A DNA stretch of 64,000 bases from the NCBI GenBank assembly GCA_964521425.1, contig CAZFRO010000005.1, forward strand, positions 3,141 to 67,140, in the 5' to 3' direction. Every line of letters begins with the position of its first letter. Position 1 is the stretch's first letter. The position numbers and the translations under genes were made by a program. Below the pieces are notes generated by a model that was not told the origin of the DNA, did not search any database, and saw nothing but the letters and a program-made list of their open reading frames with translations. Source of the DNA: an uncultured bacterium (GTDB lineage Bacteria; Joyebacterota; Joyebacteria; Joyebacterales; Joyebacteraceae). Of the stretch, positions 17,124-26,000 are shown one piece after another.

Positions 17124-19369
17124 TCACTTGACCAGCACCATCTTCCTCATGTCGCTGAAGCCCGGTGTATCTATGCGATAGAAGTAGACTCCCGAGGGAA
17201 CTTGCTGGCCCTGCTCGTTCGTACCATCCCAAGTGGCCTGGTGTTCGCCCCCTGGCCTGTTGTCATTGATGAGCGTCTTGACCTGTCTGCCCGCCAGATC
17301 AAAGACCACAATCGAAACATGCGCGCCTCCGATCGGCACCTCGTATGAGATGTGCGTGACCGGATTGAAGGGATTGGGTGTGTTTGGCGAAGCTGAGAAT
17401 CGGTCGGTGGCCAGGTCGCTCCAATCGCCTGACCCCAGTTTGGCGAGGAGTTCTGGCGGGATAGGCAGAGTCCGCGAGCTTCCGCACTCGTGGCCGAAGT
17501 GAGTGGAGAGGGTCACGAAATCAATGGGATCGACGACTCCATCGCAGTTGAAATCCGCGACCCAGCTTCCCGGCGCACTGCTGCCAAACCAAGGTGCGAA
17601 ATGCCCGAAATCGAGGGGATCGACAATGCAGTCAGCATTCATGTCGGGCGAGCGGACCTGTGTCTGCAGTACGTCCGGCAGCATCCTCGGACCGTCCGTG
17701 TACGCGGCAATTGTCAAGAGAGTATCGCTACCGCCTCCCCACCAAACGTCCACCCAAGCTCGTCCCCCGGCATCCGTCGCCGCTCCGGGCAGCATCACTT
17801 GCGGTGATTGGACTGTCTCCTCGGTGTCCTCGCAGCACAGCCTAGATGTTCCATCTACACTCGGAATCAACCACACGAACAGATCATCATTCTCTTCCAC
17901 GGGGAAACCACAGCTGTCTCTGAGAGTGATCTCGAGCTTTATGGGGGGCCGCCCCCCTACCGGCGCCTCCAGATCTCCGGCTGGACAGAGCTGGGGGCAG
18001 TCTGGCTGGTTCGGTGCAAAGGCGAATTCACATTGCGGTAGATAGGGACGCCAGCAGGCATTGCACGCGGGTCCCGCACGTCTTTGGCTACTACCTGCTC
18101 GCCCCATGACCAGGTATGAGTACTTGCGGCCGTGCGGGGCCGTCATATCGATGTACTCGTACTCGCCGGGTCCTGATGCCGGCAGCAGATCGGGGCTGAT
18201 CTGCGCATAGGCCTCAATGTACCGTGTCCCGTCATCCAGCCACTCCCAGTCGGGTGCCCGGTAGACGTCGAAGCCATCCAGTGCTCCGCCCTCGTAGGTC
18301 GTCGTCCACTCCACTCGAACCCCCTCAACGACCTCTTCGCAGGAAACCGTCGAGTACTCCGCCAACTGTATTCCCGTGGCAACCGCTGGACCACAGGTTC
18401 GTGCGAAGCCATTGTCGCACCAGATGACATAGCTATACGAGAGACCCCGGACGACCTCGTTATCAGCATACGTGAAATGCTCTTCGTACGGTGATCCGCT
18501 GCCCTCGTATACGAGGACATATGGCTGGCCCTCCTCCTTCCCATACACGCGGAAGCTGTGAGAATAGGGCCCGGGGTTCACCCACCAATCCAGTTGGATC
18601 TGACCGGCGCCAGGGGTAGCAGTGAACATGTAGAGATCGTCCACTGAGGTCCACAGGTATATTGTATTGGCTCCGTTCTCTTCATCGGAACACGGTGATC
18701 GCCTTACGAAGTTGCTGTACCAAGGATTCGACATCACACAAATCGGATCACAGACAATCGGATCTGTGTGCCTGAGCGACAGCCAATGGCCAAACTCGTG
18801 CAACGCCTTTGATTCTATGTCCATGGGCCAGTTCACAGGGGGGGGGCCGGTAGGTAGTCCCAGTCGAACATCGGCTGGTTGAAGAACGTATCGCACTCCA
18901 GAATAACGTAGCCTTCCTTGCTTATGCAGGCCACTGCGCAATCGTCTATTTGGCTGCTAGGCCAAATCATGGAGAAGCCGACGCTGTTCGTGTCATCGAA
19001 CACATGCGAGAGCCCGTAGTAGTCGGTCTCACGATATGGCGCGATGTACTCGATTGGCGCGAAGATCGTCGAGTCTATGGTCTCGTCCCAGGTCGACATG
19101 GCACTCTGTATGCCCGACAGACCGCCATCCTCCACATTTGGTCCGGCAACCAGATCGAGCAGATTGGGAGTGACGTGGTAGTCGAAGCTGTCGAACCAGC
19201 GGAGATAGTTGTTCCCACTTGTGCTGCAGTTCGGATTGAAGCAGTCGAACGGATCGTCATCACACGATGATTGTCCAATGCAGACTCCAGGCATGCTGGC
19301 GATTCCCAGAAGAGCCGTCATGAGGAATAGCGCCCCAGCTGCCCACCGACTACTACGGGCCCGCTCCAT
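17124..19369 (-). pseudogene. Metzincin-like Zn-metallopeptidase T9SS cargo gene, split into two overlapping ORFs by a frameshift in a 9-G homopolymer
   Basis: Upstream ORF 18833-19369 carries the signal peptide (MERARSSRWAAGALFLMTALLGIASMPGVC). Downstream ORF 17124-18941 carries HEFGHWLSLRH (HExxHxxSxxH), two dockerin-like Ca-binding repeats and a T9SS sorting domain (TPNPFNPVTHISYEV...VVFDLAGRQV...GVYFYRI...KMVLVK). The two overlap at the G9 tract 18838-18846. A 10th G would join them in frame (...DYLPAPPPVNWPMDIESKALHEFGH...). Confidence 0.55.
18838..18846. repeat. Poly-G (9 nt) homopolymer inside the metzincin-like cargo gene
   Basis: gttcacaGGGGGGGGGccgg. This is the site of the frame change between ORF 18833-19369 and ORF 17124-18941. 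Confidence 0.9.
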
Positions 19370-19384
19370 GTTTCCTCCTTGACC

Positions 19385-20323
19385 TCACCTTGACGTGTCC
19401 CCGAGTTCGCCCAACACATCTGCTGTAGCGGCACTCTCAAGATCGTGCTTCCCCGCGCGCCCTCGTACAAGTTCGTACGTTCCTCCCAAACCGGCACGAA
19501 GGAACAACAGCACATCTTCACCCTTCCTGAACTCAGCTAGGACTCGCCCGGGTGCCGCCCTCGGGGAATGCTGGACGACCGTTATCTCGTGGTCATGGCT
19601 CTCCCCTTTGAGCACCTCCTTGACTGCCAGCGTCGCCATTCGCGCCGGAACCGGTTCATCAGCGCCCCAGGGGGTGTTCAGTGCATTCCATTCCCACCAT
19701 GCAGAGGTCACCTCCCCAATCACAACAAGATCTGCTTCCTCAAGATCATCCAACACTGACACTTGTGGAAGAAGTTCACCCAGTTCCTCGAGGAACTGGT
19801 CGATGTGTATCCCCTTTCGCTCCACAGTCCCTTCTCCAGCGACGATGTACTTCGAATAGGGACTGATGCCAGCTAGCTGTCGACCGTGTGGCGATTGCTC
19901 CCAGAACAGAACAACAGCACATCGATCCCCCTCAGCGTATGCTGCCGCGGGGGTTATCTCGACGGCATAGCTCCCAATCTGCCCTCCGGCCGCTACGAAC
20001 TCGAGTTCATCACTGCACGGTCCTCTCAAGCACTGCTCAACGGAGAGAGTCACGAGCGTGTACAGGCTCGGCCGCTTGGGATTCCCAAATGATCTAACTG
20101 CCAACTCCGTGACCGTTCCGAGAGCTACGCAGTCGGCGCTGGAGATGTACCGTTCCTCCTTGGAGACCCAGGTCGACACGTACTCTCGAGCAAGGTTATC
20201 GCCGGGATCACGTGCATTCATGTTCTCCGCTGCGCGCAGCACGGCCAGATCGGGTGTCAGCGCGTGGCCAACTGCACACACTGCACCCATGAGCAACACC
20301 AATATTGCCATCGTGCACCGCAT
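19385..20323 (-). CDS. Secreted protein of unknown function with internal duplication (paralog A)
   Basis: Signal peptide (MRCTMAILVLLMGAVCAVGHA). Two similar halves sharing motifs ALGTVTEL.../YTLVTLSV and ADLVVIGEVT.../GEDVLLFL. Homologous along its length to the protein at 37460-38389. Lies 16 bp upstream of the metzincin-like cargo gene on the same strand. Confidence 0.5.
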   Translation of the reverse strand: MRCTMAILVLLMGAVCAVGHALTPDLAVLRAAENMNARDPGDNLAREYVSTWVSKEERYISSADCVALGTVTELAVRSFGNPKRPSLYTLVTLSVEQCLRGPCSDELEFVAAGGQIGSYAVEITPAAAYAEGDRCAVVLFWEQSPHGRQLAGISPYSKYIVAGEGTVERKGIHIDQFLEELGELLPQVSVLDDLEEADLVVIGEVTSAWWEWNALNTPWGADEPVPARMATLAVKEVLKGESHDHEITVVQHSPRAAPGRVLAEFRKGEDVLLFLRAGLGGTYELVRGRAGKHDLESAATADVLGELGDTSR

Positions 20324-20661
20324 GATCGTCCCCCCTCCTGAGAGAAGCCGGAATCACTGAGCAGCTTGAGCGATGCCACCTATCGCGATCAGTCTGTCCA
20401 GCGCATCACTCCTGTCAAGCCAAAACCGACACTGCGCGGCAATGCAGAGGTACATGGTCACCCACCCAGCCGGCTGAGGAAGCTGGCCTGCGGTGCAATC
20501 CGTGGGTGTATCCTCACGCTCCCCTACCCATGAGAGATCCTCAGCCTCTGCAGTTCGGGAGACACCATGCCTGCGTCTGGACATACGCGCTTTGAGGAGG
20601 GCCCCAGAAGGGCTATCATGAACACATCAGCTATTCGCAGGCGACTTGCGGGGGGGTTCCG

Positions 20662-21969
20662 GTGACCACAAGGAAGATAGTGAAGCTCGCGCTCGTACTC
20701 CTCATCGTGGGAATAGGCGTCTACGTGCATTTCAGCATGAGACAAGAGGAGGAGATACCTCCGAACGTCCTTCTGATCTGTATGGACACGCTCCGCCGTG
20801 ATCACGTGGGCTTCATGGGATCCGACCGTCACGTCTCCCCCAACCTCGATGCACTCGCGGCGGAGGGTGCAGTGTTCACCAACGCCTACAGCCAGTCCGG
20901 CTGGACAATGCCGTCGATGGGCACGATCTTCACGGGGCTCTATCCGCACGCGCATGGCGCCACTGACTTCCACCACGCGATGAACCGGAGGCTGCCGACG
21001 CTCGCGAGCGTGCTCCAGGATAACGGCTACGATACCAGGGCCTTCGTGAGCCACCTCCTCCTCACTGCGGAATACGGATTCAACAAGGGGTTCGCGAAGT
21101 ACGACTACAGCGTGCTCCGGATGGGACATCCTCACGACGCCTCCACGGCGACCAGGCTGACGGAACTCGCCATCACCGATCTGGACAAGCTCAAGGAGCC
21201 GTTCTTCATGTGGGTGCACTACTTCGACCCGCATTTCGAGTACCTCCCCCACAAGGCGTGGGACTCGTTCGGAGACGGGGATGTCGACCGGTACGACCAG
21301 GAGATAGCCCACACCGACAGTGAGATCGGCAACCTGCTGGCGGCACTCGGGGCGCGCGAGATGATGGAGAACACGATTCTGGTCTTCACGTCGGACCACG
21401 GTGAGGAATTCCGGGAGCACGGCGGTGACTTCCACTACACGAGCTACCAGGAAGTGATGCAGGTGCCGCTCTTCATCACCGGCCCCGGCGTCGAGCGTGG
21501 CGAGCGCACTGTCATGGCGGAGCAGATTGACTTCCTGCCGACCATTCTCACCCTTCTCGGAATCCCTGAGATACCGACAGGGCTGCCCGGGAAGGACATC
21601 CTGGATCCTGCGGCACAGAACAGGCCTGTCTTCATGGAGCGCGACCGTCCACCGGGACACCACCAGCGTGCGATCATCGACGGGGACATGAAGCTGATCG
21701 CGGTTGCACCATCAGACACGAACCTCATCCCATGGGCGAGCCGGGGCACGTTCGCTGATGTGCTCAATGTCCACGACGGCACGTTCATGTTTGATATCGG
21801 AAGCGACCCAGGCGAGACCAGAAACATCTACGCGCCGGGAACAGAGCCCACGGACGAGCTTCTGGCGATGCTCGCTGCATTCATGGAGGACCGGGGAATC
21901 GAGAGCGATGCGGTCGAGATGGATGAGGCCACGCGCGAGAAACTGAGGGCGCTCGGGTACGTGCAGTAG
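20662..21969 (+). CDS. Membrane-anchored sulfatase-like hydrolase/transferase (alkaline-phosphatase superfamily, PF00884-like)
   Basis: N-terminal TM helix (IVKLALVLLIVGIGVYVHF). Motifs LLICMDTLRRDHVGFMG, NAYSQSGWTMPSMGTIFTGLYPHAHGA, VLVFTSDHGEEFREHG. GTG start with a G-rich SD. Confidence 0.7.
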   Translation: MTTRKIVKLALVLLIVGIGVYVHFSMRQEEEIPPNVLLICMDTLRRDHVGFMGSDRHVSPNLDALAAEGAVFTNAYSQSGWTMPSMGTIFTGLYPHAHGATDFHHAMNRRLPTLASVLQDNGYDTRAFVSHLLLTAEYGFNKGFAKYDYSVLRMGHPHDASTATRLTELAITDLDKLKEPFFMWVHYFDPHFEYLPHKAWDSFGDGDVDRYDQEIAHTDSEIGNLLAALGAREMMENTILVFTSDHGEEFREHGGDFHYTSYQEVMQVPLFITGPGVERGERTVMAEQIDFLPTILTLLGIPEIPTGLPGKDILDPAAQNRPVFMERDRPPGHHQRAIIDGDMKLIAVAPSDTNLIPWASRGTFADVLNVHDGTFMFDIGSDPGETRNIYAPGTEPTDELLAMLAAFMEDRGIESDAVEMDEATREKLRALGYVQ

Positions 21970-21973
21970 GCTG

Positions 21974-23020
21974 CTACGAGATGTGGACGCTTCCGTCACC
22001 CTTTGAGACATGCCCAATCACGAACGTCTCATGGCCGTTGGTCTCAAGAGCCTTCTTGATGCCACTGGCTGCCCCTCTGTCGACAATGAGAACAAGACCG
22101 ATACCCATGTTGAGAGCCCGATAGGCCTCGCCGATGGTGAGTTCGCCAATCGACTCGAGGAACTTGAATATGGGAAGCGGCTCCCAGGAGGACACGTTGA
22201 TCTGGGCATCACAGCTCTCGGGCAAGACCCTCGCCACGTTGTCGTAGAGTCCGCCGCCGGTGATGTGAGCCAGCCCGTGAAGGTGATTGTCACCGAGGAG
22301 CGGCTCGACGGCGCTCAAGTACTCGCGGTGAATCTTCAGAAGCTCCTCGCCCACCGTGCAGCCCAGATCGGGCACTCGCGAATCGACCGTCAGCCCCTCT
22401 TCCTCGAAGAGAAGGTGACGCGCAAGCGAGTAGCCGTTCGTGTGAAGCCCGGTGGATGGTAGGCCCAGAAGGACGTCGCCAGGTCCGATGGGAGGAACAC
22501 CGTCGACATCGTCCTTCCTCACGATGCCGATCATGCATCCTACGAGGTCGATCTCGCCCACGCAGTATACGCCCGGCATCTCCGCCGTCTCCCCCGCGAG
22601 CAGATTGCACCCGATTACCCGACAGGCCTCGGCCATGCCCTGAACCGTCTCCGCTACGTGCTCGGCAGTGATAGCAGCACTCGCGAAGTAGTCGGCGAAG
22701 ATCAGTGGCCGTGCGCGCTGAACAAGGAGATCATCGACACAGTGGTTCACGAGATCCTGCCCGACCGTGTCGTAGCGCCCCTGCATGGCTGCGATCTTGA
22801 GCTTCGTCCCCACCCCGTCGATCGTCACCGCGAGGATATCGCGGCCGCACCCAGCCTTGGCCAGATCGTAGAGCCCAGCGAAGGCGCCGTAGTCGCAGCA
22901 GACGTTCTCGTCCCACGTCGACCGCACGGCCGACCCCATCAGCTTCACGGCGTCCATCCCAGCATCGATGTTGACGCCGGCGCGGGAGTACGCGGTCTCG
23001 GTGGTCTGTTTGTCTTTCAC
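21974..23020 (-). CDS. purM: Phosphoribosylformylglycinamidine cyclo-ligase (AIR synthetase)
   Basis: SRAGVNIDAGMDAVKLM N-terminus and PurM N/C domain motifs (GGLYDLAKAG..., HITGGG...) across the full length. Confidence 0.9.
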   Translation of the reverse strand: MKDKQTTETAYSRAGVNIDAGMDAVKLMGSAVRSTWDENVCCDYGAFAGLYDLAKAGCGRDILAVTIDGVGTKLKIAAMQGRYDTVGQDLVNHCVDDLLVQRARPLIFADYFASAAITAEHVAETVQGMAEACRVIGCNLLAGETAEMPGVYCVGEIDLVGCMIGIVRKDDVDGVPPIGPGDVLLGLPSTGLHTNGYSLARHLLFEEEGLTVDSRVPDLGCTVGEELLKIHREYLSAVEPLLGDNHLHGLAHITGGGLYDNVARVLPESCDAQINVSSWEPLPIFKFLESIGELTIGEAYRALNMGIGLVLIVDRGAASGIKKALETNGHETFVIGHVSKGDGSVHIS

Positions 23021-23091
23021 TGCGTTGCCTCCTCCCTTGGATTCCAGTCTGTGAAGCTACGCGTCGCGGAGATTGACACGCCAGCGATATG

Positions 23092-26000
23092 CTACTCCTT
23101 GTCCGGGGTCAGATTCAATCTCGCTATCTTCTTGAGAAGTCCCTGCCTGCTTAGCCCGAGTGCTTCGGCAGTCCGCGACTTGTTCCACTTGTACTGCTCT
23201 AGCATCTGCAGGATGACTCTGCTCTCCACGCCCTCGACCATGTCCTTGAGTGAAAGCTGGACACCCGGCCTTGGTGGCTTGATGGTCACTTCAACGGAAC
23301 GGAATCTCTCCGAGAGCGACTGCGCGGATATCGGCACGCGCGGCTTGGACAGTGCAACAGCTCGCTGGATCTCGTTCTCCAGTTCTCGCACATTGCCTGG
23401 CCAGTCATAGTTCACGAGAACGTCCATCGCATGATCGGTGAAGCCAGAGATGTCCTTGTTGCACTCGTCGGAGAAGAGATCGAGGAAGTGCTGGGCCAAG
23501 AGCGGGATATCATCTCTCCTCTCCCTGAGAGCCGGCATGCGGATGCGGACCACATTCAGGCGGTAGAAGAGGTCCTCACGGAAGTGTCCCGCTTTCACCT
23601 CCCCATCAAGCAGCTTGTTGGTGGCGGCGATTATGCGAACATCCACGTCGATGCAGTCTGTCGCCCCGACTCTGCGGATCTCGCCCTCCTGCAGGACGCG
23701 CAATAGCTTCACCTGAAGCGCCTGCGGCATATCCGCGATCTCGTCGAGGAAGAACGTCCCCCGATTGGCCGATTCAAAGAGCCCCGTCTTCTCTTTCAGC
23801 GCCCCCGTGAATGCGCCGCGGACGTGACCGAAAAGCTCGCTCTCGAGCAACTGCTCCGGGAGCGCCGCGCAGTTCTGAGGCACAAAGCGGGCATGCTTGC
23901 GGGAGCTGTTGTGGTGGATGGCGCGGGCAACGAGTTCCTTCCCCGTCCCTGATTCACCTTCTATGAGCACTGTGACTGATGTGGCCGCGACCTTCTGAAG
24001 AAGAGAGAAGAGTTGCTGCATCTTGGCGCTTCGGCCAATGATATTCGCAAAGGAGAATCGACTGTCGACTTCCCAGCGAAGCGTCTCCAGTTCCTCCTCC
24101 AGATCAGCACGCAGCCGGACATTGTCTATTGCGGTCGCTGCCTGTGCGGCCAGAGCCTCGACAAAGCGCACATCTTCGTGGGAGAACGTTGTGTCTCTCT
24201 TTTGATAGTCGAGGTAGATGAAACCGATAAGCTGCTCCCGCAGCGTCATCGGGACGACAAGCAGGCTCCTCAGATCATGATCGACAACGAGTGCCGTGAG
24301 CGCAGGGGAGCATTGATCATCGCGTGTGACTCGGATGATCGGCTCACCCTCCGCCAGGTGTTCAAGAAGCACAGGCACAGACTCTTGCATCTCCAGCTCC
24401 ACTCCCTCGCGCACGCAGAGCGACGACTGACAAGTGATCCCTTTCGACCCGGGCTGCAGGAGGTGCACCACAACTGTCTCAGCAGGAATACCTGCAGCGG
24501 CAATGTCCGCCAGCTCGCGCGCGGCATCTCCCTGTGATTCCGACGATGCCAACACCTGGCTTGATCTGTAGAGCGACGCAAGATGCTCTCGCTCGCCCGG
24601 AAGCTCAGCTGCGGGAAGCTGGAGAGCCCTAGCCATCAGCGCGAGTTCTTCCTGGATTACTCGCGTGTCTCGCCGGGCGCCGAGATTCCGAAAGATGTCC
24701 CGGGATTCCTCGAGCAGTGCCACGGCATCGCGCAGTTCGCCTCTCTCGCGTTCGACCCGAGCCGTCGCCGCCAATGACTGGGCAAGCTCATACGGCGCCT
24801 TGATTGCCCTGAGTGTCTCTGTGGCTTCGCCGCACAGCCCCAGAGCTCGGTTCAACTCGCCATCGCGTGTCGCTATCTCGCCCAGAACGCGAGCTGAGTT
24901 GGCGGCTTCGAGGCGGTTCTCGATCCTCGTCGAGAGCTTGCGTGACTCTTCAGCGGACTCACGTGCCTCCCGGTGCCTTCCCTGAGCCAAGAGCGCCTCT
25001 GCTCGGGCACGGAGTAGCTCCGGGAGATCATCGACGCTCCTCATCTCATTCATGAGCACCTCAGCTCGACCGTAGTACCCGAGCGCGAAACCGGGATTGC
25101 CACAGGCGAGTTCGAGCTGGCCTAGGTCGACGAGGATCATCGCAAGACCCCACTGATCCCCTGCCTGCTCCGCCCAAGAGGAGGCATCGTGGAGACACTG
25201 CGCTGCCTTCTTGTATACGCCGCGACGAGCCCAGAGACACCCCATGTTCAGGAGCGCGAGCTGCAACTGATACAAGTCACCTGCGCGTGAGGCCAGCAGT
25301 AGTGCCTCCGCAAGATACTGCTCCGCCGCTTCCCAGTTCCCCAAGCGCATGCTCGTCCACCCTGCATTGCTCAGATAGATGCTCAGGGGAGTATTGACGC
25401 TGCCGTCCCCGCGAGATGCCTCCACAGCGCGAAGAGACCATGCCAAGGATGATTGCCACTCGCATAAGGCATGGAGAGCATTGCTCTTGGAGGTGTAGCT
25501 CCGAGCTATGAGATCAGTCCTGCCGGAACCCTCAAGCAGAACGATGCTCTCATCGGCAAGCTGGTCTGCCTCGCGGAACTCACCCCTCGCACAATGCACG
25601 ATGCAGAATGAGAGCTGAATGCCGGCCGTTCGGATTCTGTTCTTACTCTCCGTCGACAACTTGAGCGCTCTATCTAATGCACGCAGAGCCCCATCGGGAT
25701 CCCCACTGAGTGTAGCGGCCCTCCCCAGCAGCCACAGGAGTTCGATGAGCTCGTCCTTGGACTCTGGTTGATTCCGCGCTGCCACGTCCAGGCCGAGCCG
25801 GGACACTCTGGCACATAACGACGTTCTGCCTGCGCGCCAGTAGCCGGCAGACAGGTGGACCAGCGAGGACAGAACGCGACCAGGCACATCGCTGGTAGCA
25901 GCCAGTACCGTCTCCAGGAGACCGAGGTAGCACTCCGATTCATCGAGCTGCTCTGCATCGAGAGCACTGATGGTCATATCGACTGCGATGGGCAGAGCGT

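Noticed and set aside
20524-21663. 379-aa minus-strand ORF
   Set aside because: Antisense to the sulfatase-like gene (20662-21969), whose conserved motifs define the true frame. It is an Arg/His-rich low-complexity translation.
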